A stretch of DNA of 47,067 nucleotides from a virus: UHGV virus genome UHGV-0105892. One strand, 5' to 3'. The notes under the pieces were generated by a model. The model saw only the letters and a program-made list of their open reading frames with translations, made no database searches and was not told where the DNA came from. The position numbers and the translations under genes are program-made. This document shows positions 20,630 through 29,783 of this stretch, one piece after another. The first letter of the stretch is position 1, and every line of letters begins with the position of its first letter.

Positions 20630-20710
20630 ATGAGCAACTGGCATAACGAGCACATCATGCAGTGGTATCGCCGTCACATTAAGGCAATCACTAACTCTTA
20701 TGAGGTTTAA
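20630..20710 (+). CDS. early small protein (26 aa)
   Basis: The ATG lies 4 nt after the previous stop; the next gene starts 3 nt after its own stop. Confidence 0.3.
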   Translation: MSNWHNEHIMQWYRRHIKAITNSYEV

Positions 20711-20713
20711 CAC

Positions 20714-20899
20714 ATGGCAAAGACTATCTATCGTCGCGAGAAACTGGAGTCGGAACTAGGACATGTTGGAGCGCAAAACTTTATGATGTCGCAGGCGATG
20801 CATGCATACAGCAACGGTAAGCGCGTCTGTCGCGTTTTTAGTGGCGAAGGCAAGCACAGAACACTTGAGCGGGTTGTCGTGTCATCTGGTGGAAACTAA
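20714..20899 (+). CDS. early hypothetical protein (61 aa)
   Basis: ORF in the track; part of the tightly packed early array. Confidence 0.5.
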   Translation: MAKTIYRREKLESELGHVGAQNFMMSQAMHAYSNGKRVCRVFSGEGKHRTLERVVVSSGGN

Positions 20900-20914
20900 A
20901 CCGGTTTAGCAACG

Positions 20915-21193
20915 ATGAATAAATTACTGGCAGTGGTTTTACTGGTTATCGCTAACGCAGCAAGCGCTGAGACTATATGGGTCACGAAGTATGCGCTAAC
21001 CCGTGGCATTCAGAAGTACGAAAGCGCACAGCTATTCGCAGATGGGCAGGTGGCTGTAGTTGGCGATGTTTACTTTAAACGTGGTGAGTACTGGCTTGAT
21101 GAGCAACAGGCAAAAGAGCATGCAGAGACTTTGCGGCAACGCCGTGTATCTGCACTGATGCGTGAGCTTGAGCGCTTGCAGGCAGTTAAGTGA
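20915..21193 (+). CDS. early secreted protein (signal peptide)
   Basis: MNKLLAVVLLVIANAASA-ETIW is a classical Sec signal peptide. Confidence 0.55.
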   Translation: MNKLLAVVLLVIANAASAETIWVTKYALTRGIQKYESAQLFADGQVAVVGDVYFKRGEYWLDEQQAKEHAETLRQRRVSALMRELERLQAVK

Positions 21194-21199
21194 GGATTT

Positions 21200-21601
21200 A
21201 TGGATATCGAAATCAACGAAGTTCAGGAAATTATTAAAAATCTTGAGAGCGGTGGTGAGCTCTCAATCAAAGAGGAAAAATACCTCAAGATTGCAAAGCT
21301 GCGCGTTAAGCTGGCTGCGGAGAATGTGGCGCTGAAGACGTTCTGCAAAAACGCCGCATTTGATGCCGACTATGAAGCCGAACTTGGTATGGAAAGGGGT
21401 GGGCTTACTGACGCTCTCAACAATATCGAAACCCCCTCCACCGATCGCATCGTAGCCGGGATTAAGGCTGATGGGGTGGAGGAGTTCGTATCCAACACCG
21501 TGCATAAGATTTTTGATGAAAGCGAAGCAGTGTCAGATTTGGCTTACCTTTCCCTGGCTAATTCACACGTGAAGAAGCTGCGCGAGGTGGCCGACAAATG
21601 A
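21200..21601 (+). CDS. early hypothetical protein (133 aa)
   Basis: ORF in the track with a GAGGA SD. Acidic, coiled-coil N-terminus. Confidence 0.55.
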   Translation: MDIEINEVQEIIKNLESGGELSIKEEKYLKIAKLRVKLAAENVALKTFCKNAAFDADYEAELGMERGGLTDALNNIETPSTDRIVAGIKADGVEEFVSNTVHKIFDESEAVSDLAYLSLANSHVKKLREVADK

Positions 21602-21669
21602 GCAACCGAATCCCTAACTTCGGCTGGAACGCCGGCCGCGCCGCCATGATCAACGGAGGTAAGCCATGA
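21598..21669 (+). CDS. early small protein (23 aa)
   Basis: ATGA overlaps at both ends. Confidence 0.3.
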   Translation: MSNRIPNFGWNAGRAAMINGGKP

Positions 21670-21758
21670 AACCCTACATCATCCTCAGGCTTATTGCTGT
21701 ATCCTGCGTTGCATTCTGGATTGCCGTTGCGTTAGCTGTCTGGTTTATCGTGAGGTGA
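21666..21758 (+). CDS. early small membrane peptide (30 aa)
   Basis: Hydrophobic LIAVSCVAFWIAVALAVWFIV; ATGA coupled to the previous gene. Confidence 0.4.
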   Translation: MKPYIILRLIAVSCVAFWIAVALAVWFIVR

Positions 21759-21761
21759 TTT

Positions 21762-21920
21762 ATGCTGTGGAGCGACATTCATGCTGCATGCGAAGAGGCT
21801 GATTTTCTTTATGAGGAGACCGGAAAGCATCATGCCGTCATTCAGGTTGGCAGCATGATGCTGGTGGTTGAGCATAACAGCATGCTTCGGCATATGTACT
21901 CAACTACGAGGTATCAGTAA
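21762..21920 (+). CDS. early small protein (52 aa)
   Basis: Its stop overlaps the start of the next gene (TAATG). Confidence 0.4.
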   Translation: MLWSDIHAACEEADFLYEETGKHHAVIQVGSMMLVVEHNSMLRHMYSTTRYQ

Positions 21921-22159
21921 TGCCGCAGAAATCAAAGCAGGAGGTGTGGCAGAAGGCTCAGATCGAAGGTGTTGACCACTTCATAGCAGCCATCGCCAAA
22001 GCCTTTCCTGATGCGATTGAGGTGGTTCATGTTCAAAGCAATAATTGTAATGTTTGGTGTTATGCGAAAACTGATGTACAATCATCTCATCAATCATCAC
22101 CTCACCACCCTTTAAGCCAGCATTGCGCTGGCTTCTTTTTTATCTACGCCATGTGGTAA
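21920..22159 (+). CDS. early hypothetical protein (79 aa; 3' end may be shorter)
   Basis: ORF in the track with a GGAGG SD. A terminator hairpin lies inside its last 40 nt. Confidence 0.45.
   Translation: MPQKSKQEVWQKAQIEGVDHFIAAIAKAFPDAIEVVHVQSNNCNVWCYAKTDVQSSHQSSPHHPLSQHCAGFFFIYAMW
22113..22142 (+). terminator. rho-independent terminator ending the early gene array
   Basis: agccagc-attgc-gctggct hairpin followed by tcttttttat. Confidence 0.55.
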
Positions 22160-22198
22160 GATATGTCCTATGTGAGTTACTCAAAGGACACATATAAA

Positions 22199-22639
22199 AT
22201 GGCAAATCCGAACCCTAAGCACAAATTTTCATCCAGTAATCAGCCGCCACCAAGAGGAAAAAGCTACAGAACAGTGCTTCTTGAAGCATTACGCGCTGCA
22301 AATGCGCCGATGAGTGAGATTGAATTTGTCACGTACTACATCAACAAGGCGATGACATGCGAAGACGCTCAGGCTACCGGCATGCTACGTGAAATATTCC
22401 TGCGACTGAACCCAATTCCAAAACCTGTAGCGCCTCCTGTTGAGTTTGACTTTCCTGCTGACGGCACGCCTGTACAGAAGATGGATGCGATTATCAAGGG
22501 CGTCTCTACTGGCGTTGTTCCAGCCGACATTGGCAAGATGATGGCAGACATTCTGAAGGCTGGGCTTGATATCGAAGAAGTAACAGAGCTTGCGGCGCGC
22601 CTTGAGCGACTTGAGAAATTACTGGAGCAGCAACAGTAA
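22199..22639 (+). CDS. putative terminase small subunit
   Basis: 146 to 158 aa protein immediately upstream of TerL, with a coiled-coil C-terminus. AAGGA SD before the ATG at 22199; the ORF in the track starts at 22163. Confidence 0.4.
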   Translation: MANPNPKHKFSSSNQPPPRGKSYRTVLLEALRAANAPMSEIEFVTYYINKAMTCEDAQATGMLREIFLRLNPIPKPVAPPVEFDFPADGTPVQKMDAIIKGVSTGVVPADIGKMMADILKAGLDIEEVTELAARLERLEKLLEQQQ

Positions 22640-22723
22640 CTGATTTATAATAATTAATGCGGCTAGGGGGCACCCGAAAAGCGGCTCATCACCGCCTGCC
22701 GCATTCACTTCAATGATGCCCTG

Positions 22724-25258
22724 ATGAGGAATCTATATATGGCACGCAAAAGACTCTCAGCACCAGCAATTGAAAAACTCGAAGAGATTATTGGCGATGG
22801 CGTGATTGATGCGCCTGAATCTGCGGTGTTCGGTGTTGTTAATACAGATAAGCAGATTGTTCGCAAACTTAAAATGACGCAAAGCGGAGTTGATGACGTT
22901 AGCGACTCTGATATTGGCGTTGATCACCTGATACCAGAAAAGCTGGAAAAGTTACTTTACCATAAGCGAAATAAAATTGTGTTTGGCGGGCGCGGATGCT
23001 TAGCCATCGGCACGATGGTGAGGATGTTTGATGGTAGCCTAAAACGCGTAGAGGATATCGTTGTTGGCGATAAGGTTATGGGTCCAGACAGTAAACCACG
23101 AAATGTTTTAAGCATATGCCGTGGGTTTGATGACATGTACACGGTTCATCAAAAATATGCTGATGACTACACCGTCAACTCAAGTCACATACTGTCATTA
23201 CGAAAGGTCCCATCTGCTATCAGTGATGAGACGAAAACACCTGATGGTAAAAGAATTTATCGTTATTACCCCAATGACCCGGAAATACTGAATATCGGTG
23301 TTTCAGAATATTTGTCGCGCGCAACTTCCAAAAAGTTCCGCCATGTCTTTAAAGGGTGGCGAACAGGATGGGATTTTAATGACCAAAGCGTCCCAGTTGA
23401 CCCGTACTTTCTTGGTTTATGGTTAGGTGATGGTTCATCTCGTGGTGTTGAAGTGTGCACGCCTGATCCAGAGATAGTTGACTACATTCACAACGTGGCA
23501 AGCAAATACGGGATGCAGGTAAAGGTTCGTGATGATGATAGATGTCCGGTATATGCGATAACCAATGGTAGAGCTGCTGGTATGGGGAAAAACACCAACC
23601 CGTTACTAACTAAAATGCAGCAGCTTGGGGTGATTAATAATAAACACATACCTGACTGCTATATCAAAAACAGCAGGCAGGTAAGACTTCAGATTCTGGC
23701 TGGGCTATTGGATACTGATTCGCATTATGACCAGAAAAAGAAAAGCTATTCTTTCACGTCAATAAATAAAGAAATGGCCTTCTCTTTGATGGATGTGGCA
23801 AGATCGCTTGGCTTCAAGTCAAGCATAATCAAAAAGACTGATGTCACCTTTGAATATAAAGGTGAGAAAAGAATATACGAAAAGGATGTGTGGGAGGTGT
23901 TCGTTAGTGGTGACCTTCATACAATCCCATGCCGAGTAAAAAGGAAGATAGCAGAGAGAACCAAGTCAACTCGCGGGAGGATGACTGAGGTGTCATTGTC
24001 TTATGCCGGGCATGGTGAATACGCTGGGTTCACTCTTGATGGCGATCATCTTTTCTTGCTTGCTGATGGCACGGTTACACACAACAGCGGAAAAACAAGA
24101 ACAGTAACTACAATACTTACGGAGCGTGCACGATTTAAGCCTGACAGGATAGCTTGCTTCCGTGAGATTCAGCAGTCCATTGAAGATAGCTCATATCAGG
24201 AACTGAAGGACGAAATTGATCGCAAGGGAGAAACGAAAGAGTTTCGCGTCATCAACAACGAAATAACGCACAAGGTAACGAAAGCAAAGTTCCGCTTTAA
24301 AGGGCTGTATCGCAACCAGACGACCGTTAAAGGCTTCGCTGGCATTACAGTAGCTTGGGTCGAGGAGGCGGAAAACGTCAGCCAGACAAGCTGGGAAATC
24401 CTCACCCCAACAGTCCGCGCTGAAGGGTCAGAGATATGGGTGACTTTCAACCCAAATAAAGAGCATGACCCGACGTGGAAAATATGGGTTGAGCCTTTTT
24501 ATAATAAATTGCGCGAAAATGGCGGCATCTATGAGGATGATGAAAACCTGATTATCGAGTGTAATTACTCAGACAATCCGTGGTTCTGGGATACTCCGCT
24601 CCCAAGCCAAATGCAGCGCATGAAAGAAACCGACTTCGACCGCTATCAATGGGTGTGGGGTGGGCGCTTTAATAAGCGTAATGATGAGCAGGTATTTGGC
24701 GGTAAGTGGCGCGTTGCTGATTTCGAGGTTAAGCCGGAATGGCATGGGCCTTACTTTGGCATCGACTTTGGATTCTCGCAGGACGCAACGGCGATGGTTG
24801 AGGTTTACATTGAGAAACTTCCTGATGACCGCCGCAACCTTTACGTCGCGCGCGAATACGGCCGTGTAGGCCTTGAGATTACCGACACACCTACAGCGAT
24901 GGAGCAATCATTCCCACTCTCCAGGAAGGCAAGATGGTATGGGGACTGCTCTCGGCCAGAAACAATCAGTCACATCAAACGCGCAGGATTTGATATCCAT
25001 CCATGCAATAAGTGGCCCGGGAGCGTGGAGGAGGGTGTAACCTGGCTCAGGGGTTGTGACGGCATCATCATTCATGACCGCTGCACACAGACTCAGGAAG
25101 AGTTCACTATGTACAGTTACAAGGTGGACAAGCTGACGGGTAACGTGCTCACAAATATTGTGGATGCGTGGAACCACTTCATTGACGCAATCAGATATGC
25201 ATGCAACGATCACATCGTACAGCGCGGCTCTGGATGGATTAGAAGGAGCAGGAGATAA
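22724..25258 (+). CDS. terminase large subunit interrupted by an intein
   Basis: The Walker A motif is split as VFGGRG / intein / SGKTRT. Walker B VAWVEEA follows, and the C-terminal nuclease half is intact. Exteins total 481 aa. Confidence 0.8.
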   Translation: MRNLYMARKRLSAPAIEKLEEIIGDGVIDAPESAVFGVVNTDKQIVRKLKMTQSGVDDVSDSDIGVDHLIPEKLEKLLYHKRNKIVFGGRGCLAIGTMVRMFDGSLKRVEDIVVGDKVMGPDSKPRNVLSICRGFDDMYTVHQKYADDYTVNSSHILSLRKVPSAISDETKTPDGKRIYRYYPNDPEILNIGVSEYLSRATSKKFRHVFKGWRTGWDFNDQSVPVDPYFLGLWLGDGSSRGVEVCTPDPEIVDYIHNVASKYGMQVKVRDDDRCPVYAITNGRAAGMGKNTNPLLTKMQQLGVINNKHIPDCYIKNSRQVRLQILAGLLDTDSHYDQKKKSYSFTSINKEMAFSLMDVARSLGFKSSIIKKTDVTFEYKGEKRIYEKDVWEVFVSGDLHTIPCRVKRKIAERTKSTRGRMTEVSLSYAGHGEYAGFTLDGDHLFLLADGTVTHNSGKTRTVTTILTERARFKPDRIACFREIQQSIEDSSYQELKDEIDRKGETKEFRVINNEITHKVTKAKFRFKGLYRNQTTVKGFAGITVAWVEEAENVSQTSWEILTPTVRAEGSEIWVTFNPNKEHDPTWKIWVEPFYNKLRENGGIYEDDENLIIECNYSDNPWFWDTPLPSQMQRMKETDFDRYQWVWGGRFNKRNDEQVFGGKWRVADFEVKPEWHGPYFGIDFGFSQDATAMVEVYIEKLPDDRRNLYVAREYGRVGLEITDTPTAMEQSFPLSRKARWYGDCSRPETISHIKRAGFDIHPCNKWPGSVEEGVTWLRGCDGIIIHDRCTQTQEEFTMYSYKVDKLTGNVLTNIVDAWNHFIDAIRYACNDHIVQRGSGWIRRSRR
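22997..24085 (+). other. intein (363 aa) with LAGLIDADG homing-endonuclease domain inside TerL
   Basis: Starts at Cys (CLAIGT) and ends ..VTHN followed by Ser. Two LAGLIDADG-like blocks: YFLGLWLGDGSS and LAGLLDTDSHY. Confidence 0.75.
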
Positions 25259-25259
25259 G

Positions 25260-25286
25260 AAGGCTCCCTCATGAGAGGGAGCTTTA
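25260..25286. terminator. bidirectional rho-independent terminator after TerL
   Basis: gctccctc-atga-gagggagc hairpin followed by ttt. Convergent with the minus-strand genes 25287-25857. Confidence 0.65.
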
Positions 25287-25517
25287 TCAGTGTGGTACTG
25301 AGTGTTCAGGTAATTGAGGTATTGGCATTTGACCTACTGGTGTTTTTTCACACCTAATACACTGGTAGCACCAGTAGGGTTGCCCATCACGAAAACGATA
25401 CCAGTCTTTTGTTTCTCCGCATCTTGTGCATGTGTAAAATCTATTTTTGTTGTCAGAAAAAACCATTTTACGTCCCATATCCTTTCCCCTTATAGCCGCA
25501 TTACCTCGCCACCTCAA
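25287..25517 (-). CDS. small zinc-finger protein (76 aa)
   Basis: C..C ... C..C..C pattern: YTCTRCGETKDW..YWCYQCIRCEK. Confidence 0.45.
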   Translation of the reverse strand: MRWRGNAAIRGKDMGRKMVFSDNKNRFYTCTRCGETKDWYRFRDGQPYWCYQCIRCEKTPVGQMPIPQLPEHSVPH

Positions 25518-25566
25518 TGATTACAATCTACATCAACCACGAATCCACGTCAACATTTATAATAAA

Positions 25567-25857
25567 TTATTTGTAAAGCCAGCAATGAATCCCTGCGTTG
25601 CGCATGGCGGCATAAATCACGTCATCAGACACGACCGCCATCACCACCCTGTCAGCGTCAATCTGCTGGTGCGATGCCATGATGTCATCATAGAAGACGT
25701 CGTTAGCATGCAGCCACTCATACGCATTCTTTGCTCTCATTATTAGGACGTCGTGACCGGCAGAGTACAGCGACTTAGCCAGCGCAACGTTTCCAGCAAT
25801 AGCATTTCCTTCCGCGTCGCGCAGCACACCATCAAGCTCGAAAATGACACATTTCAT
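25567..25857 (-). CDS. hypothetical protein with degenerate HAD-like N-terminus
   Basis: Starts MKCVIFELDGVL, resembling HAD motif I (DxDG) with the first Asp replaced. Confidence 0.4.
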   Translation of the reverse strand: MKCVIFELDGVLRDAEGNAIAGNVALAKSLYSAGHDVLIMRAKNAYEWLHANDVFYDDIMASHQQIDADRVVMAVVSDDVIYAAMRNAGIHCWLYK

Positions 25858-25884
25858 AAGATTTCTCCGAGAGGTTTCATTTTA

Positions 25885-25913
25885 ATCTACGCCATGCTAG
25901 AATCTACGTCAAG
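25885..25913 (-). promoter_or_regulatory. sigma70-like promoter (minus direction) made of two motif copies
   Basis: Read on the minus strand: TTGACG, 17 bp, then TAGATT (the reverse complements of aatctacgtcaa and aatctacgccat). Confidence 0.45.
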
Positions 25914-25946
25914 GCGCATTGACATAACTACATCACCGGGGGCATC

Positions 25947-26171
25947 ATGAAGGCATACTCATCTTTTTCGTGGGAGCAGAAGGAAAAAATATACTCACTC
26001 GCAAGAGCTGGCGTGTCTGATGAAGCACTGTGCGAAAGGTACGATGTTGATGAGGCTGTTCTTCTGCGCATGTATGATGAAGTGCTGTGTGAGTTGCAGC
26101 GGCGTCGTGGTTACAGCGGGCTGAAGACGATTAATGATTTCTTTCGGAATGTTGAGTTAAATAACGATTAA
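25947..26171 (+). CDS. hypothetical protein (74 aa)
   Basis: ORF in the track with a GGGGG SD, located between TerL and the portal gene. Confidence 0.45.
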   Translation: MKAYSSFSWEQKEKIYSLARAGVSDEALCERYDVDEAVLLRMYDEVLCELQRRRGYSGLKTINDFFRNVELNND

Positions 26172-26188
26172 GCACCATCAGAGATGAG

Positions 26189-26350
26189 ATGGTTGGTGGT
26201 AAATATAAAAACCAAAGAGGCGAAATCGCAATCGTAGTTAACGTTGTTGGCGCTGGTGGTGGCTATCAGGTTCACTTTAATTACGGCATGCCATACAATG
26301 TTGTTTGCGGGCTTGGAAAGTTCAGAAAGCGATACCCGCATAAGGTTTAG
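26189..26350 (+). CDS. hypothetical small protein (53 aa)
   Basis: Gly-rich ORF not in the track (below its size cutoff); weak SD. Confidence 0.3.
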   Translation: MVGGKYKNQRGEIAIVVNVVGAGGGYQVHFNYGMPYNVVCGLGKFRKRYPHKV

Positions 26351-26371
26351 CTACATACCATCCATGCTATA

Positions 26372-26399
26372 ATCCCATCACTACCGATGGGATTTTTTT
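26372..26399 (+). terminator. rho-independent terminator just upstream of the portal gene
   Basis: atcccatc-actacc-gatgggat hairpin followed by ttttttta. A tgctataat sequence lies immediately 5' of it. Confidence 0.55.
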
Positions 26400-26410
26400 A
26401 TGGTGACGAA

Positions 26411-27805
26411 ATGTCAAAGTTAGAGGCGGTAAACGCCTATATTCAGCAGCGAGTGGCGAACAATAACAGGCTCATCGAGCGGCAGCGCCGGGAGTTTGGC
26501 GGGAAGAACCTTGACCAAAAGCACGACAGGCTTTGGTCTGAGTGTGGCTATAGCCAGGAGATTACAGCAGCAGATTTCCGCTTCGCCTATGAGCGATATC
26601 CGTTGGCGGCAGCGGCGGTTAACCTTGTGCTCAATAAGTCTTGGCAAGGTATGCCAACTGTCCTTGAGCGCGATGCTGATGATGAGGCAACATCTCCATG
26701 GGAAGTGTCGGTAAACAAAATCCTCAAGAAGTCAGCCCCGTTCATTAAGGATGCCGACAAGCGCAACCTGATCAACCGTTACTCAGGCCTGCTACTTCAG
26801 ATAAATGATGGCGGCCAATGGCATGACCCTGTTAATGTCACCAAAACAGGCAGAATTAAAGATGCGGCAATCGTTAGGCTAATCCCATGCTGGGAGGAGC
26901 AGTTGCGCGTTTCTCAGTGGCAAAATGACGAGTCAAAGGAGGACTACGGACAGCCTTTGATGTTCGAGTACCAGGAAAGCGCCGTTGATGATTTTGATAA
27001 CGATGGCAAGCCAAAGAGATCGGTTCAAATCCATCCAGACCGCATTATTACTCTCGCAGAGGGTAGTTTCGATGGAAGCATATTCTCTGGCATTCCTCTA
27101 CTTCGAGCTGGATTTAACGCCTTAATAGACTGCGCCAAGATTACAGGCAGCTCGGCAGAAGGGCTCCTCAAGAACTCATCGCGGCAATTGTCGATATCCT
27201 TCAACAAGGACAATGTATCTGTACAATCCCTTGCGCAGCAAATGTCTGTCACAGTGGAAGAACTGCCTGATATCCTTAATGAAGATATAGAGAGAATAAA
27301 CAGCGGGATTGACGCGGCAATGTTTGGGTTTGGCAATGATGTTGATGTGCTGTCAGTCAACATGAACGACCCTGAGCCGTTCATGTACGTGGCAGCCAGT
27401 CAGTTTGCTTCATCCGTAAACATTCCCCTTAACTCATTGCTTGGTAGTCGCAGCGGCGTCCTGGCATCTGCAAACGATGAGCAGTCACTTGCTATGATGG
27501 CAATGCAGCGCCGTGATGGATGGCTTGACTACCTGATTTCCGTGTTCGTCGACCGCTTGATTAAATTTGGCATCATCGACAAAGCGCCTGAAAATGGGTA
27601 TTACTGCAAGTGGAGTGATTTGCTGGAGCCTACGCAGAACGATAAGGCGGAATTGATTGTCAAGCTGGCGCAGGCGTGCCAGAGTGCGGCAAATGCAGGA
27701 CTAGACCCAATCCTGACGGCAGATGAAATTCGCTCATTCCTTGGTCTTGAACCAATAAAATTGCCAGGCGGCATGAGTGAGGATGACCCATCACAAGAGG
27801 AGTGA
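26411..27805 (+). CDS. portal protein
   Basis: About 465 aa, at the position after TerL and before the Mu-F-like head protein. The ATG at 26411 (MSKLEA..) lies downstream of the hairpin; the ORF in the track starts at 26387, inside the hairpin. Confidence 0.55.
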   Translation: MSKLEAVNAYIQQRVANNNRLIERQRREFGGKNLDQKHDRLWSECGYSQEITAADFRFAYERYPLAAAAVNLVLNKSWQGMPTVLERDADDEATSPWEVSVNKILKKSAPFIKDADKRNLINRYSGLLLQINDGGQWHDPVNVTKTGRIKDAAIVRLIPCWEEQLRVSQWQNDESKEDYGQPLMFEYQESAVDDFDNDGKPKRSVQIHPDRIITLAEGSFDGSIFSGIPLLRAGFNALIDCAKITGSSAEGLLKNSSRQLSISFNKDNVSVQSLAQQMSVTVEELPDILNEDIERINSGIDAAMFGFGNDVDVLSVNMNDPEPFMYVAASQFASSVNIPLNSLLGSRSGVLASANDEQSLAMMAMQRRDGWLDYLISVFVDRLIKFGIIDKAPENGYYCKWSDLLEPTQNDKAELIVKLAQACQSAANAGLDPILTADEIRSFLGLEPIKLPGGMSEDDPSQEE

Positions 27806-27899
27806 CGATATAATAGATGTGCAGCTAGGGGGCGCCCGAAAAGATGAACGTAGACATCCTGCTGCATCCTCAATCTACGAACCTACTACGAGGTTAATC

Positions 27900-28805
27900 A
27901 TGGCAAAAAGACTCACCACGGAAGACTTCATTTCTCGCGCCAGGCAAAAACATGGCGATAAATACATTTATGATAAGTCTGTGTTTTCTGGAACGAAAAA
28001 ACAAGTAACGATAACCTGCAAAAAACATGGCGATTTTACTCAAAAAGCGGAATGCCATCTCGCTGGTTACGGCTGCGAGCTTTGCGCCAGAGATGTTCGG
28101 GCAAGAAAGTTAATGACATCAAATGATGAATTTATCTCTAAAGCTAAAATGGTTCATGGTGATAAATACTCATATGACAAGTGCATATACTCAGGAAATC
28201 ACAGGAAGGTGTTGGTAACATGTCAAAAGCATGGTGACTTTTCACAACAACCGGCAAACCATCTATCAGGAAATGGCTGTCCATCATGCAAGCTTGAGCT
28301 CCTGTCTGAAAAGTTCAGCGATAATAAAGCCTCATTCATAACAAAAGCAAGAGCAATTCACGGAAGAAGATACTCATACGAGAAAGTTAATTACATGAAA
28401 AGTTCAATAAAAGTGTGTATTACGTGTCATATCCATGGCGATTTCTATCAGACACCTAACTCGCACTTGTGGGGGTCCGGTTGTAATAAATGCACAACTT
28501 ATGGGTTTAAACCTGCAAGTGTATATGTGGCTGAAATGGATGGGGCGTGCAAGATAGGTGTAAGCAACAACACTGAAAGAAGAATGAAAAGCATATCAAA
28601 ATCAGCAGGGAAAACTGTCGCTGTGGTTGCTGAGTACTCATTTCCATCATGGGCTGACGCGAGAAAGGCTGAATCAATGATACACAAAGAAATAAAACAT
28701 AAAAATGCAGGGTTAACCGGATTTGATGGGGCGAGAGAATTTTTCAATATATCAACCCATGAGGCGGCCGACTTGGTTTTAAAGCATGGAGGAAGAGTGA
28801 AATGA
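27900..28805 (+). CDS. free-standing homing endonuclease: three Zn-ribbon repeats plus a GIY-YIG/T5orf172-like C-terminus
   Basis: Repeats KYIYDKS..TCKKHGDF.Q....HL.G.GC..C occur three times. C-terminus reads SVYVAEMDGACKIGVSNN..RR. GAGGT SD at 27900; the ORF in the track starts at 27777. Confidence 0.6.
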   Translation: MAKRLTTEDFISRARQKHGDKYIYDKSVFSGTKKQVTITCKKHGDFTQKAECHLAGYGCELCARDVRARKLMTSNDEFISKAKMVHGDKYSYDKCIYSGNHRKVLVTCQKHGDFSQQPANHLSGNGCPSCKLELLSEKFSDNKASFITKARAIHGRRYSYEKVNYMKSSIKVCITCHIHGDFYQTPNSHLWGSGCNKCTTYGFKPASVYVAEMDGACKIGVSNNTERRMKSISKSAGKTVAVVAEYSFPSWADARKAESMIHKEIKHKNAGLTGFDGAREFFNISTHEAADLVLKHGGRVK

Positions 28806-29749
28806 AAATTCTCAGACTTAACGCCCGCCTGCCACAGCCAAGGGTGTCGCAAAGCCTGACTGACCCGTTAGGATCAGCGCCACGGCTTAATAAGATGGAT
28901 AAGGATATCACCACCAGGTACAAGCGCATTCGCACAGCTCTGCTTGACCTGTTCCGCAGCATTCCAGTAAGTGAAAGAAATGCTGAATCAAGTGGTAATT
29001 ATTATTATGATTTCAGCGCCTCGCGTGCTGCGTCTTTTATGGATGAACTGCAACGACTGCTTGATCAGTTTTTGCTTGAGGGTGATACATTCGATCATGG
29101 GCAGATGTGGGCGAATATTTATATTGGCGACGCATGGGCCGCCGGAACTCAAAAAGCAAACTCAGAACTGTCAAGCCTGTCAAGTCTCTACGCTGAGCAG
29201 CGACCCATGGCATCCATCCTGTATAGCGAGCCATATCTTGACCGTCTGCAACTGGCGTACACTCAGGGGTACTCTGACTGGTCTGGGCTAAGTGACTACA
29301 CCAGGCGGCAGGTTGCATCGGTTGTAATGGAGGGCATTGCTCGTGGTGCTAACCCTCGTGATATTGAAAGCGATATCGTCAAACGCGCCGACGTATCGCA
29401 GAGTTACGCTCGCTCTATAGCGCAGACCGAGATAACTAGCGTGCTGCGTGAGTCAAATCGCAAGGAAGTGATTGAAGCGCGCGAGACGCTTGGCATTGAA
29501 ACCATAATGCTCTGGCAGTCAGCGCTAATGAAAACCACCCGCGCCACTCATGCCGCGCGTCATGGGAAATATTACACCCCGGAAGAGATTGATGAGTTCT
29601 ACAGCGAAGGCGCAAACCGCCGTAACTGTCACTGCGCACAGACTCCAGCGCTGGTAATGGATGGCAAGCCTGTGATACTTGAGAAGACGCAGGAAAGGCT
29701 CGATAAGCAGCGTGAAGCATGGCAGGATACACACAAGAAAGCCGCCTGA
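28802..29749 (+). CDS. minor head protein (Mu gpF / SPP1 gp7-like head morphogenesis protein)
   Basis: 315 aa following the portal, with an ..ETIMLWQSALMKTTRATHAARHGKYY.. region. Confidence 0.5.
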   Translation: MKILRLNARLPQPRVSQSLTDPLGSAPRLNKMDKDITTRYKRIRTALLDLFRSIPVSERNAESSGNYYYDFSASRAASFMDELQRLLDQFLLEGDTFDHGQMWANIYIGDAWAAGTQKANSELSSLSSLYAEQRPMASILYSEPYLDRLQLAYTQGYSDWSGLSDYTRRQVASVVMEGIARGANPRDIESDIVKRADVSQSYARSIAQTEITSVLRESNRKEVIEARETLGIETIMLWQSALMKTTRATHAARHGKYYTPEEIDEFYSEGANRRNCHCAQTPALVMDGKPVILEKTQERLDKQREAWQDTHKKAA

Positions 29750-29768
29750 CGGCGGATTAATTTTATCT
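29740..29768. terminator. hairpin terminator at the convergent junction
   Basis: ccgcc-tgac-ggcgg followed by attaattttatc. Confidence 0.45.
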
Positions 29769-29783
29769 AAGAATCATATTGTT

